From Sporomusaceae bacterium (GTDB lineage: Bacteria; Bacillota; Negativicutes; Acidaminococcales; JAJUGR01), in assembly GCA_029265905.1 (NCBI GenBank), contig JAJUGR010000009.1, positions 9,176 through 73,175 of the forward strand: a stretch of DNA of 64,000 bases, given 5' to 3'. The translations under genes and the position numbers were made by a program. Under the pieces are notes generated by a model. The model searched no databases and was not told the DNA's origin. It saw only the letters and a program-made list of their open reading frames with translations. The stretch's first letter is position 1; every line of letters begins with the position of its first letter. This document shows, piece after piece, positions 48,398 through 58,479 of this stretch.

Positions 48398-48811
48398 ATG
48401 CTGGCGAAAAGAGAAATAGATTGGCAACAATACAATCAGGCTGAGGAAGTCGTTTTCCCGCGAAAAAAGCCGGGTGAGGAGAAAAAGCTCAACTTTCAGC
48501 TGCGCCGCCGGTGCCTGATGCTGGCGGCGGTAATCACCTTATTTGCCGCCGCCACGACGGCAAGAAGCGATACGCTTAACCAGGCCGGCTTCGATTTGGT
48601 CGGACTGAAGCAGACGGAAAGCGGTTTATTGCGAAACACGGAAAATCTTCAGGTGGAAGTTGCCAGGCTGCAGTCGCTGGAGCGGATCAAAACGGTAGCG
48701 ACACAGCAGCTCGGCATGCAGCAGGCCACGGCCAACTGGTACGTGAAGGCCGGCGCGCCGGATATGGTGAAAACGCCGCAAGCGGGCACTGCCGTTTTGG
48801 TTCAACGGTAG
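48398..48811 (+). CDS. ftsL: Cell division protein FtsL-like
   Basis: Cytoplasmic N-terminus, single TM, leucine heptads, SLERIKTVATQQLGM; follows rsmH. Confidence 0.8.
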   Translation: MLAKREIDWQQYNQAEEVVFPRKKPGEEKKLNFQLRRRCLMLAAVITLFAAATTARSDTLNQAGFDLVGLKQTESGLLRNTENLQVEVARLQSLERIKTVATQQLGMQQATANWYVKAGAPDMVKTPQAGTAVLVQR

Positions 48812-48868
48812 GCTGCGGTGATTGTTCAAGCCAGTACATAAACCCTGAAACGCTTGTTTAGGAGCATT

Positions 48869-48896
48869 TTGTACTAGCACTTATTTATGCTATAAT
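48869..48896 (+). promoter_or_regulatory. Internal sigmaA promoter upstream of murE
   Basis: TTGTAC-N16-TATAAT with extended TG in the 164-bp ftsL-murE gap. Confidence 0.7.
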
Positions 48897-48975
48897 AAAG
48901 CCGGGTTATTTCAGCAGCCTTTATGGCTGCTCTTTACTTTCTGCTTGGTTAAACGAGTCTGCGCAAAGGAGCTGC

Positions 48976-50469
48976 ATGAACATGAGTAAAACAATTGCCG
49001 ATTTAATTGCTTTGCTGCCGGAATGCACCGTGGTTGGCGAGACGGATGGCGTCATTACGGATGTGACGGCTGATTCGAGAGAGGTTGCGCCGGGGGCGAT
49101 GTTTTTTTGCCTGGTGGGCGCCAAGACCGATGGACATCAGTATATCGCCAAGGCTGTTGAAGCGGGCGCCCGGTGCATTGTGGTTGAGAAAATGCCCACT
49201 ATTGCCGTGCCGGGAGTGACCGTTGTTCAAGTTTTGGATACGCGGGGTGCTATGCAACGTATGGCGCCTTTCTTTTTTGACTACCCGGCCCGCCGGCTGC
49301 GCATGATCGGCGTGACGGGCACCAACGGCAAAACGACAACGACCCATATGATCCGCCAGCTGCTCCTGGCGCAGGGCAAGCGGGTGGGCTTGCTCGGAAC
49401 GATCCACACGCTATTGGACGAGGAAGTGCGCACGGCGGTCAACACCACGCCCGACGTGATCGATCTGCAGCGCTTGCTGGCGGAAATGGCGGCGCGCGGC
49501 ATTACCCACGTGGTGATGGAGGTGTCCTCGCATGCCATCAGCCTGGAGCGCATCGCCGGCTGCGAGTATGATGTGGCCGTGCTGACGAATATCACGCAGG
49601 ACCACCTTGACTTTCACAAAACGTTTGAAGCTTACGTGGCGGCCAAAAAGCAGCTGTTCACAGGCATTGCGCCCGATGCGCGGGACAACCATTACGTCGT
49701 GGTCAATGCTGACGATCCCTCGTCAGCCGGTATCGCCGCCGACTGCACCGCGCCGGTCATCCGTTACTCGCGGAGCGGGGCGGCTGACGTGACGGCCGCC
49801 AACATCCGCCTGGGGGCAAAGGACATGTCGTTTGACTTGACCGTGGCTGGCGAAAGCATTCCGCTTGCCCTGGCGATCACGGGTCTTTTCAATGTCGAAA
49901 ACGTGCTGGCCGCCGTGGCAGTGGCGCAGCGCGAAGGGATGGCGCTGGCTGATATTCAGCGGGTGCTGGCCTCGTTCGCCGGCGTGCCGGGGCGGTTTGA
50001 ACTGGTGGAAGCCGGTCAGCCGTTTACGGTGGTGGTCGACTACGCGCATACGCCGGACGGCTTGCTGAACGTGATTCAAACGGCGCGGGCGATAACAAAA
50101 GGCCGCTTGCTTGTTGTTTTCGGCTGCGGCGGCGACCGCGACAAGACGAAACGGCCGATTATGGGGAAAATCGCCGCCGAATTGGCTGACATACCGGTTT
50201 TGACGTCAGACAACCCCCGCACGGAAGATCCGGAACAAATTTTGGATGACGTTGCCGCCGGCGTTTTGCCGGTTATCGGCGAGAAGAAATGGCTGCGCTT
50301 GCCGGACCGCAAGGCGGCGATTGAACAGGCCTTGTCCTTGGCGCAAGCCGGCGACGTGGTGCTGATTGCGGGCAAAGGGCATGAGACGTACCAGCTCATC
50401 GGCGGGAAAACGTATCCCTTTGACGACCGGCTGGTGGCTAGAACATACTTGGAGGGAAGGGCATGGTAA
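48976..50469 (+). CDS. murE: UDP-MurNAc-dipeptide:diaminopimelate ligase MurE
   Basis: GVTGTNGKTT, MEVSSH, DHLDFH, VDYAHTPD, DNPR (mDAP-specific), GKGHETYQ. Confidence 0.98.
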   Translation: MNMSKTIADLIALLPECTVVGETDGVITDVTADSREVAPGAMFFCLVGAKTDGHQYIAKAVEAGARCIVVEKMPTIAVPGVTVVQVLDTRGAMQRMAPFFFDYPARRLRMIGVTGTNGKTTTTHMIRQLLLAQGKRVGLLGTIHTLLDEEVRTAVNTTPDVIDLQRLLAEMAARGITHVVMEVSSHAISLERIAGCEYDVAVLTNITQDHLDFHKTFEAYVAAKKQLFTGIAPDARDNHYVVVNADDPSSAGIAADCTAPVIRYSRSGAADVTAANIRLGAKDMSFDLTVAGESIPLALAITGLFNVENVLAAVAVAQREGMALADIQRVLASFAGVPGRFELVEAGQPFTVVVDYAHTPDGLLNVIQTARAITKGRLLVVFGCGGDRDKTKRPIMGKIAAELADIPVLTSDNPRTEDPEQILDDVAAGVLPVIGEKKWLRLPDRKAAIEQALSLAQAGDVVLIAGKGHETYQLIGGKTYPFDDRLVARTYLEGRAW

Positions 50470-51881
50470 CAGTAGGGCAGCTCTTGGCTATCACCGGCGG
50501 ACAATTGCTGCAGGGCGCCCCGGAGATCGTTGCCGCGGGCGTGACGACTGATTCGAGAGCGGTAGAAAAAGGCGCGGCGTTTTTTGCCCTGAGCGGTGAG
50601 CGGTTTGACGGGCATGAATATGCCGCCCAGGCCGTCAGCCAAGGCGCGGTGTGCGTGGTGGCGGCGAAGGCGGTCACGGTGCCGCCGGAGGCGGCGGTGA
50701 TCCTGGTGCAGGACGTGCTGGCCGCTTACCAGCAGGTCGCGGCCTGGCACAGAGGCCGGTTCGCCATTCCCGTGATCGCCATCACCGGCTCAAACGGCAA
50801 AACGTCGACAAAAGAGCTGATTGCGGCCGTGCTGCAATCGCACATGGCTGTTTTGAAAACACAGGCCAATTTCAACAACGAAATCGGCCTTCCCAAGACG
50901 CTGCTGCAGCTGAACGACCGGCATGAAGCGGCGGTCGTGGAAATGGGAATGCGGCAGCTGGGCGAAATCCGCCTGCTGGCGACGATAGCCAGCCCCACCG
51001 TCGGCGTGGTCACCAATGTTGGTGAAACCCACATTGAGCGCTTGGGGAGCATTGAGAACATCGCCTGCGCCAAACAGGAACTGGTTGACTGCCTGGCGGC
51101 CGACAGCCTGGCGGTGCTAAACGGCGACGACCCCTATGTGCGCAAGATGGCGGCAGCGGCCAAGGGGCGTGTTGTTTTATACGGCGAGGCGGCGGATTGC
51201 GACTACCGCCTGCTTTCCTATGAGCTGCGGGCGCTGGATAGCACGTTTGCCTGGCAGGAAAACGGCGGCCCGGCTTACCAGGCGACGCTGCCCGTTTCCG
51301 GCAAGCACCAGCTGCTGAACGCCATGGCGGCGATTGCCGTGGCGCGCCACGTCGGCATGACGCCGGAGGCGATCAACCGGGCGCTGGCGACGGCCTCCCT
51401 AGGCGATCTGCGCCAGCAATTAGTAACCTGCGGCAAGGTGCGCGTTTTAAATGACGCCTATAATGCCAGCCCGCTGTCGATGGCGGCGGCGCTCGAGCTG
51501 CTGGTCGTTGCCGGGCAAACCAACCGGCGCGTGGCGTTGCTGGGCGACATGCTGGAATTGGGAAAGGCGGCTGAACGGGCCCACTACGAGGTCGGCCAAA
51601 AAGCGGTTGCGTGCGGCGTGGCTGTACTGGCGGCGGTCGGGGATTTTGCCCCCTTTGTGGTGCAAGGCGCGCAAGCGGCCGGGCTGGCCAATTGCGCCGC
51701 CTTTAGCGATAAAGAAGCGGCCTGGCAGTGGCTGGCGCCGCAATTGAAGGACCACGATCTTGTTTTATTGAAGGGTTCGCGCGGTTTGAAAATGGAGACG
51801 TTTCTGCCCCTTTTCAGCGCGCTTTTGTTAGATAATTGTCAGAATAAGCCGCTTGCCGGCCGCGAGGGAGGCGCAGTATGA
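50463..51881 (+). CDS. murF: UDP-MurNAc-tripeptide:D-Ala-D-Ala ligase MurF
   Basis: TGSNGKTSTKE, NFNNEIGLP, EMGM, DAYNASP, GDMLELG, KGSRG. Confidence 0.98.
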   Translation: MVTVGQLLAITGGQLLQGAPEIVAAGVTTDSRAVEKGAAFFALSGERFDGHEYAAQAVSQGAVCVVAAKAVTVPPEAAVILVQDVLAAYQQVAAWHRGRFAIPVIAITGSNGKTSTKELIAAVLQSHMAVLKTQANFNNEIGLPKTLLQLNDRHEAAVVEMGMRQLGEIRLLATIASPTVGVVTNVGETHIERLGSIENIACAKQELVDCLAADSLAVLNGDDPYVRKMAAAAKGRVVLYGEAADCDYRLLSYELRALDSTFAWQENGGPAYQATLPVSGKHQLLNAMAAIAVARHVGMTPEAINRALATASLGDLRQQLVTCGKVRVLNDAYNASPLSMAAALELLVVAGQTNRRVALLGDMLELGKAAERAHYEVGQKAVACGVAVLAAVGDFAPFVVQGAQAAGLANCAAFSDKEAAWQWLAPQLKDHDLVLLKGSRGLKMETFLPLFSALLLDNCQNKPLAGREGGAV

Positions 51882-52837
51882 TAAAACAGAGCCTTATGGC
51901 GGCGAGTGCCGCTTTTGCTATAACCGCGCTGCTGGCGCCCCTTGTCATTCCTGTTTTGCGCCGGCTAAAAGCCGGACAGAGCATCCGCGAGGAAGGGCCG
52001 AAAGGACACCAGAAAAAAGCCGGCACGCCCACGATGGGCGGGCTGATTATGATTCCGGCCGTTGCGGGGGTCACGCTTTGGTTTGGCGGCGCGACGAAAG
52101 AAACGCTGCTTGCTCTTTTTCTTTTTATCGGCTATGCGTTGGTCGGCTTGGCGGACGACGCGCTGAAGGTTGTTTTCAAACGCAATCTGGGCTTGACTGC
52201 CCGGCAGAAACTGCTGGGGCAGCTTGCGATCGCGCTGGTTTATTTTGTTTTCAGCGGCGGCAAGCTGCATCAATTGTGGCTGCCCTGGTCCGGTCAGTGG
52301 CTGGAAATTGGCGCGGCGGCCGGCGCCATCTTCATGTTTTTAGTGATGGTCGGCACCACCAACGCCGTCAACCTGACCGATGGCTTGGACGGCCTGGCGG
52401 CGGGCGTCACGGTGATTACGGCGCTCGTTTATTCGATCCTGTGCCTGGACGCGGCGCAACCGGCCCTGGCTGTTTTTGCCGCGGCGATTGCCGGCGCCTG
52501 CGCCGGGTTTTTGCTGTTTAATGCGCACCCGGCCCGGGTGTTTATGGGCGACACCGGCTCGCTGGCTTTAGGCGGCGCATTGGCGGCCCTGGCGCTGGAG
52601 ACTCGGACCGAGCTGCTGCTGGTTGTGATCGGCGGCATTTATGTGGCCGAAGCGCTGTCGGTTATTCTGCAGGTGGCTTCTTTTAAAACCACCGGCAAGC
52701 GGATTTTTTTGATGAGCCCGCTGCACCACCACTTTGAACTGAAAGGCTGGAGCGAGTGGCGCATTGTCTTGGTATTTTGGAGCGTTTCGGCGGTGCTGGG
52801 GGTTCTGGCCCTGCTGATATGGCATTTGAGCAGATAG
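51878..52837 (+). CDS. mraY: Phospho-MurNAc-pentapeptide transferase MraY
   Basis: KAGTPTMGG, NAVNLTDGLDGLA, FMGDTGSLALG, PLHHHFE. Confidence 0.98.
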   Translation: MIKQSLMAASAAFAITALLAPLVIPVLRRLKAGQSIREEGPKGHQKKAGTPTMGGLIMIPAVAGVTLWFGGATKETLLALFLFIGYALVGLADDALKVVFKRNLGLTARQKLLGQLAIALVYFVFSGGKLHQLWLPWSGQWLEIGAAAGAIFMFLVMVGTTNAVNLTDGLDGLAAGVTVITALVYSILCLDAAQPALAVFAAAIAGACAGFLLFNAHPARVFMGDTGSLALGGALAALALETRTELLLVVIGGIYVAEALSVILQVASFKTTGKRIFLMSPLHHHFELKGWSEWRIVLVFWSVSAVLGVLALLIWHLSR

Positions 52838-52850
52838 GGAGTGAGCGGTT

Positions 52851-54215
52851 ATGACAGGGGAACGCATTGGCGTGTTTGGCGCCGGCGTCAGCGGAATTGG
52901 CGCAGCTGAGGTGCTCGTCGCCCAGGGCGCGAAAGTAACGCTGTTTGATGAGCGGGATGACGAAAAGACGCGGGCGAAGCTGCAAGGCCTTGGCCTTGAC
53001 GTCGAGCTGGCGCTGGGCAAGGCGGCGGCCGAACGGTTGCGCACGATGGATAAAATTGTTTTGTCCCCGGGCATTTCCATTTTCCATCCGGAGGTGGCGG
53101 CCGCCCAGGCGGCCGGCGTGGAAGTGCTGAGCGAAGTGGAGCTGGCTTACCGCCTGACTCAGGCGAACGTGATTGCCATTACCGGTACGAACGGAAAAAC
53201 GACGACCACCACGTTGGTGGGCGAGATTATGAAAAGCCTGCCGGTTAAAGTGGCCGTGGGCGGCAATATCGGCCAGGCCCTGTCCAAAGAGGGGCTGGCG
53301 GTTGGCGCTGGCGATTGGCTGGTGGCGGAAATTTCCAGCTTTCAACTCGAAAGCGTCAGCACTTTCCGTCCGCATATCGCCGCCATTTTAAACATCACGC
53401 CGGACCATATCGACCGTCATAAAACGCTTGCGGGCTACATAGCCGCGAAGGAGGCCATTTTCCGCCGACAGGGGGCCGATGATTTCCTGGTGCTCAATTA
53501 TGACGACGAAACCGTGCGGGGCATGGCCGGAAAAACTGCGGCGCAGGTCTTTTTCTTCAGCCGGAAAACGCAGTTGAAAACTGGCTTCTGCCTGGACCAG
53601 GGCTGGCTGGTGGCCAACCTGCCGGCCGGGCAGGTGAAAATTGCGCCGGCCGCGGAGATGAAGATTATCGGCGGCCACAATGTTGAAAACGCGCTGGCCG
53701 CCATCGCCTGCACTTACCTGGCCGGCGTGCCGGTCGAGGCGATTCGCAAGGCGCTGGCCGCTTTTACCGGCGTTGAACACCGCATTGAGCTCGTGACGAC
53801 AATCGCCGGCGTTTCCTATTACAACGACTCCAAGGCGACGAATCCGGAATCGACGGTCAAGGCGCTGGAGGCCTTTGACGGCGGCATCGTGCTGTTGGCC
53901 GGCGGGCACGACAAGATGACGGATTTGACGGAAATGATGGCGCTCGTCCGGGAACGGGCTGACGAATTGATTTTGTTTGGCGAAGCGGAGGCGCGGTTTG
54001 CCGCCGAAGCCGAAAAAGCGGGCGTCAAGAGCATCCGCCGCTGCGGCATGGATTTCGGCGCGGCCGTAAGTCTGGCGCATGAGCTGGCGAAAGCGCCTCA
54101 GGTGGTGCTGTTGTCGCCGGCGTGTTCGTCTTACGACCTGTTCGACAATTATGAGCAGCGCGGACGCGTGTTTAAGGACGCGGTCCGCGCCTTGGCAGCG
54201 CAGGGAAAGCGGTGA
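52851..54215 (+). CDS. murD: UDP-MurNAc-Ala:D-Glu ligase MurD
   Basis: ITGTNGKTTTT, EISSFQL, DHIDRH, HRIE, NDSKATN, LSPACSSYD. Confidence 0.98.
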   Translation: MTGERIGVFGAGVSGIGAAEVLVAQGAKVTLFDERDDEKTRAKLQGLGLDVELALGKAAAERLRTMDKIVLSPGISIFHPEVAAAQAAGVEVLSEVELAYRLTQANVIAITGTNGKTTTTTLVGEIMKSLPVKVAVGGNIGQALSKEGLAVGAGDWLVAEISSFQLESVSTFRPHIAAILNITPDHIDRHKTLAGYIAAKEAIFRRQGADDFLVLNYDDETVRGMAGKTAAQVFFFSRKTQLKTGFCLDQGWLVANLPAGQVKIAPAAEMKIIGGHNVENALAAIACTYLAGVPVEAIRKALAAFTGVEHRIELVTTIAGVSYYNDSKATNPESTVKALEAFDGGIVLLAGGHDKMTDLTEMMALVRERADELILFGEAEARFAAEAEKAGVKSIRRCGMDFGAAVSLAHELAKAPQVVLLSPACSSYDLFDNYEQRGRVFKDAVRALAAQGKR

Positions 54216-54219
54216 CGAC

Positions 54220-55332
54220 ATGCGGTTTTTGCTAGCCGGCGGAGGGACCGGCGGACATATTTATCCGGCGCTGGCGATTGCCGGGGCGCTGCTCGCGCGG
54301 CGCCCCGGGTCGGAGGTGCTGTTTTGCGGCACGCAAGCCGGCTTGGAGACGGAGCTGGTTCCGGCCGCCGGCTACCAGTTGCGCCTTCTGTCTGTGCGCG
54401 GGTTTCGCCGCAGTCTGGGGCTTGATACCGTGCGCAGCGCTTTGGCGGCCGTGCGGGGCCTCTGGGAAGCGTACCAGCTGCTTGGCGCGTACAAGCCGGA
54501 TGCCGTTATCGGCACCGGCGGCTACGTCTGCGGCCCCGTGCTGTTGGCGGCCTGGCTGCGCGGCGTTCCGGCCTACCTGCAGGAGCAAAATGCCATGCCC
54601 GGCGTGACGAACCGCCTGCTGGCAAGGTTTGTGCGCGCCGCTTACCTCGGGTATGAAGAGGGCCGGCCCTTTTTTAGCCAAACGCGTTCCGTCTTGTGGA
54701 CGGGCAACCCCCTGCGGGCGTTGGGCAGTGAAGAAAAGAGCGCGGCGCTGGCGAAGCTGGGCCTCGACGCCGCGAAGAAAACCGTCTTGATTACCGGCGG
54801 CAGCCGCGGCGCCCGCTCGATCAACCGGGCGGTGGCGGCTGCCTTCAAGCAGTTGACGGCCGATCACGGGGTGCAGTTTTTGCATGTCACCGGCCGCGAC
54901 GAGTATGAAGCGACGAAGGCCTTGCTCTTGGAGCAAGGGCTGGCCGACTGTCCGGCTTTCCACCTGCGGCCCTACCTTCATGACATGCCGGTCGCGCTGC
55001 GGGCGGCGGATTTGGTCCTGTGCCGCGCCGGGGCGATTGCGTTGGCGGAGGTGGCGGCCTTGGGCCTGCCGGCTGTTTTGATTCCTTATCCCTATGCCAC
55101 CGGCAACCATCAGGAGGCCAACGCCCGGGCGTTTGAAAAGCGCGGGGCGGCGGTTGTCCTGCTGGATAAGGATTTGAGCGGCGACAAGCTGGCGGGGCAA
55201 TTGCTGCCGCTGGTTCATGATGAAAAAAGACTTGCCTTGATGCGGCAGGCGGCCAAAACCCTGGCCAAACCGGGGGCCGCGGATGACATAGCGGACCACC
55301 TCCTGGCGGATCTTGCTGCAATGAGCGTATGA
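54220..55332 (+). CDS. murG: MurG glycosyltransferase
   Basis: GGGTGGHIYPALA, GTGGYV, EQN..PG.TN, GGSRGA, RAGA, HQEANA; ATG 54220. Confidence 0.98.
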   Translation: MRFLLAGGGTGGHIYPALAIAGALLARRPGSEVLFCGTQAGLETELVPAAGYQLRLLSVRGFRRSLGLDTVRSALAAVRGLWEAYQLLGAYKPDAVIGTGGYVCGPVLLAAWLRGVPAYLQEQNAMPGVTNRLLARFVRAAYLGYEEGRPFFSQTRSVLWTGNPLRALGSEEKSAALAKLGLDAAKKTVLITGGSRGARSINRAVAAAFKQLTADHGVQFLHVTGRDEYEATKALLLEQGLADCPAFHLRPYLHDMPVALRAADLVLCRAGAIALAEVAALGLPAVLIPYPYATGNHQEANARAFEKRGAAVVLLDKDLSGDKLAGQLLPLVHDEKRLALMRQAAKTLAKPGAADDIADHLLADLAAMSV

Positions 55333-55345
55333 GGGGGAACTATAT

Positions 55346-56728
55346 TTGTTTGAGCAATTTCAGCAATTTCACTTTATCGGCATTGGCGGGGCGGGCATGA
55401 GCGCGATTGCCTCCGTCTTGCTGGCGCGCGGTTTCCGGGTCACTGGCTCGGATGCGAAAGAGTCGGCGGCTACGGCGCGGCTGTTGGCGGCCGGGGCGAC
55501 GATTTTCATCGGCCATGACGCCGCGAACGTGCCTGACGACTGCGCGGTTGTACTATCGACGGCCATCAAGCCGGACAACCCGGAGTGGCAGGCGGCGAAG
55601 ACGAAGCGCCTGCGCGTTTTCCACCGGTCTGATTTGATGGCGGCGCTGGTGAACGAGCGGACCGGCATTGCGGTTGCCGGCGCGCATGGCAAGACGACCA
55701 CGACGGCGATGCTGGCGGCGGTATTCCTGCAGGCCAAGCTTGCTCCGACCGTCCTAATCGGCGGCGACGTGACGGCGATGGGCGGCAATGCCTGCAACGG
55801 GGACGGCGCCTTTGTCATCACGGAAGCGGATGAGAGCGACGGGTCGTTTTTAAAGCTGCGCCCCAAGTATGCCGTTGTCACCAATGTCGAGGACGATCAC
55901 CTGGACCACTACGGCTCCATGGAAGGCGTCCGGGAAGCTTTCCACACCTTCTTGACCTATCTGCAGCCGGGCGGCAAGGCCGTCTTGTGCGCCGATCAGG
56001 CGGAGGCGAAGGCGCTGGCCGCCGCTTATCCGGAAAACAGCGTGACTTACGGCACTGGGGCGGATGCCGACTGGCAGGCCCGCAACGTCCGTTTTGACGG
56101 CATGCATACTACGTATGAAATTTGGCATGACGGCCTGCTGGTCAGCGAGGTGCGGCTGGCCGTGCCGGGCAGCCATAACGTCTTGAACTCGTTGGCCGCC
56201 ATCGTGCTGGCCCATTATGCCGGCGTCGAGGTGGCGACGGCTGTTGCCGCTTTGGAAGCCTTCCGCGGCGTCCACCGGCGCTTTGAGCTTAAAGGCGAGG
56301 CGCACGGCATCAGGGTGATTGACGACTATGCCCATCATCCGACGGAAGTGGCCGCCACCTTGGCCGCCGCCAGACTGGTTGCGCCCAAACGCATCGTGTG
56401 CGTGTTTCAGCCGCATCGCTTCAGCCGCACGCAGCTTTTGGCGGAGGAGTTCGGCAAAGCGTTTGCCGACTGCGATGAGTTGGTTTTGACGGATATTTAT
56501 TCAGCCGGCGAAGCGCCCATCCCGGGCATTACCGGCGAGACTCTGGTCGAGGCGGTGGCGCGCTGCGGCGGCAAAAAGGCCCATTACGTCCAATCGCTGG
56601 AGGCGCTGCCGGCCTTTTTAAAAGCCTTTGCCAAGCCCGGCGACATGGTGATGACGATGGGCGCGGGCAATATCTATCAAGCCGGCGAAAAGCTGCTGGC
56701 TGAACTGAAAAGCGGGGTGTTGGCATGA
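55346..56728 (+). CDS. murC: UDP-MurNAc:L-Ala ligase MurC
   Basis: HFIGIGGAGMS, AGAHGKTTTT, EADESD, DDYAHHPTE, FQPHR. Confidence 0.98.
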   Translation: MFEQFQQFHFIGIGGAGMSAIASVLLARGFRVTGSDAKESAATARLLAAGATIFIGHDAANVPDDCAVVLSTAIKPDNPEWQAAKTKRLRVFHRSDLMAALVNERTGIAVAGAHGKTTTTAMLAAVFLQAKLAPTVLIGGDVTAMGGNACNGDGAFVITEADESDGSFLKLRPKYAVVTNVEDDHLDHYGSMEGVREAFHTFLTYLQPGGKAVLCADQAEAKALAAAYPENSVTYGTGADADWQARNVRFDGMHTTYEIWHDGLLVSEVRLAVPGSHNVLNSLAAIVLAHYAGVEVATAVAALEAFRGVHRRFELKGEAHGIRVIDDYAHHPTEVAATLAAARLVAPKRIVCVFQPHRFSRTQLLAEEFGKAFADCDELVLTDIYSAGEAPIPGITGETLVEAVARCGGKKAHYVQSLEALPAFLKAFAKPGDMVMTMGAGNIYQAGEKLLAELKSGVLA

Positions 56729-57678
56729 ACAAGGAACGCGTTGCCGTAGTGATGGGCGGCCCTTCGACAGAGCGCGAGGTGTCGCTGCGGACGGGGGCGG
56801 CGATTGCGGGCGCCTTGTCCGCTCGCGGTTATGACGTCGTATCGATCGACCTGGAACCCAAACGGTTTGTCGACCAGATCAAAGAGAGCGGCGCGACGGT
56901 CGTTTTCAACGCCGTCCATGGCTTGTACGGCGAAGACGGGGCGATGCAGGGCGCCCTGGATATGCTGGGGATTCCCTACACCGGCTCGGGCGTGCTGGCG
57001 AGCGCGCTGGCGATGGACAAGGTTATGACAAAGCGCCTCTTTCAAGCAACGGGCATCAACACTCCGTCCTGCCTGTTCTTTTCCCCGGCCCAATCCCGGC
57101 GCGAGCAAGTGGCGAGCGTGCTGGCGCATTTCTCGCTGCCGGTTGTCGTCAAAGCCTCCTGCCAAGGCTCGAGCATCGGCGTTGTGATTGTCGAGCGCGA
57201 GGCGGATCTGCCGGACGCCTTGAATGAGTGCTTCGCCCTTTCAAAGGAAGTGCTCGTCGAGGAGTTCATCGACGGGCGGGAAATTACGGCCGCGGTAATC
57301 GGCGGCAACGGCGAGGCCGAAGTGCTGCCGCTGATCGAAATCGCGCCTCATTCGGGACGCTATGATTATGCATCAAAATACACGGCCGGCGCAACGGACT
57401 ACCTGGTGCCGGCGCCGTTGTCGGAAGGCGCCAGCGAGCACATCGCCGAGCTGGCGAAAAAAGCCTACTGCATGGCGGGGTGCGCCGGCGTGGCGCGGGT
57501 CGACTTTATGCTCCGCCGCTCGGACGACACCGCTTTTGCCCTGGAAATCAACACGATTCCTGGCATGACGGCGACCAGCCTCGTGCCAAAGGCGGCGGCG
57601 GCGGCTGGCATTGATTTCCCGTCGCTGTGCGAAAAATTGCTGCTTGCTGCTCTGGCCCAGAGGCAAAACAAAGCGTAG
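56725..57678 (+). CDS. ddl: D-alanine-D-alanine ligase
   Basis: GGPSTEREVS, HGLYGEDG, MDKVMTK, GSSIG, YDYASKY, EINTIPGMT. Confidence 0.97.
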   Translation: MNKERVAVVMGGPSTEREVSLRTGAAIAGALSARGYDVVSIDLEPKRFVDQIKESGATVVFNAVHGLYGEDGAMQGALDMLGIPYTGSGVLASALAMDKVMTKRLFQATGINTPSCLFFSPAQSRREQVASVLAHFSLPVVVKASCQGSSIGVVIVEREADLPDALNECFALSKEVLVEEFIDGREITAAVIGGNGEAEVLPLIEIAPHSGRYDYASKYTAGATDYLVPAPLSEGASEHIAELAKKAYCMAGCAGVARVDFMLRRSDDTAFALEINTIPGMTATSLVPKAAAAAGIDFPSLCEKLLLAALAQRQNKA

Positions 57679-57691
57679 CTTGGAGGCAAAG

Positions 57692-58453
57692 ATGTCCACA
57701 ACGCAAGAACGATTTGCCGAGCATCGGCGCCAGCGGCAACGGCGGCGACGGCGCTGTCTGAAGGGGGTTGTGCTTGTCATCAGCCTGTTCCTGCTGGTCA
57801 GGGGGGCGGCTTTATCGCCCTGGCTGGTTTTCGCCTATGCGGAGATTTCCGGGGCGCAGCAGCTGGGGCGGTCTGAGGTCCTGGCGATTGCCGGGCTGCA
57901 GGAGCCGTTTAACCTGTTGGCCGCCGATCCGGCCGTGATCGCCCGCCGCTTGACGAGCGACTTGCGCATTGAGTCGGCGCAGGTCGTCCGGCAATATCCG
58001 GCGACGCTGACGATCCAGGTCAGGGAGCGGCGGGTGGCGGCCTACGTCCGGCATAAATTGGGCGTTGCCCAAGTTGACGCCAGCGGCATGATTTTAACCC
58101 TGGGCAAGGCCGTGCGCGATGCCAAGGCGCCGATGATAACGGGCACAGCGCTCGACGCCGGGTATATCGGCGACACGGCAGCGGCCGAGCATCCCGTCGC
58201 GATCTTGACGGCGTTTTTAAGCCGGCTTGATCCCTGGACGACCGGACAACTGTCGGAGCTGCAGGTCCTTCCCAACGGGACGGTGCAGGCCATTACCATG
58301 CAGGGCGTGCCGATCAAACTGGGCAATCTGGCCCAGGTCGCCGATAAGGCGGGCCTAGCGGATACGGTCGTGAGACAAATTGTGCCGATTAGCCATCAAG
58401 TAGCAGCGGTGGACTTGACTTTTTCCAGGCCCTATATTACAGTGAAAAAATAA
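57692..58453 (+). CDS. ftsQ: Cell division protein FtsQ/DivIB
   Basis: Basic N-terminus, TM, POTRA domain (IESAQVVRQYPATLTIQVRER); dcw position. Confidence 0.85.
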   Translation: MSTTQERFAEHRRQRQRRRRRCLKGVVLVISLFLLVRGAALSPWLVFAYAEISGAQQLGRSEVLAIAGLQEPFNLLAADPAVIARRLTSDLRIESAQVVRQYPATLTIQVRERRVAAYVRHKLGVAQVDASGMILTLGKAVRDAKAPMITGTALDAGYIGDTAAAEHPVAILTAFLSRLDPWTTGQLSELQVLPNGTVQAITMQGVPIKLGNLAQVADKAGLADTVVRQIVPISHQVAAVDLTFSRPYITVKK

Positions 58454-58479
58454 GTGGGCGAAAGTGAGTTGAATAACCG

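Noticed and set aside
57725-57755. CGGC-rich repeat at the start of ftsQ
   Set aside because: Encodes the ordinary Arg-rich cytoplasmic segment before the TM helix.
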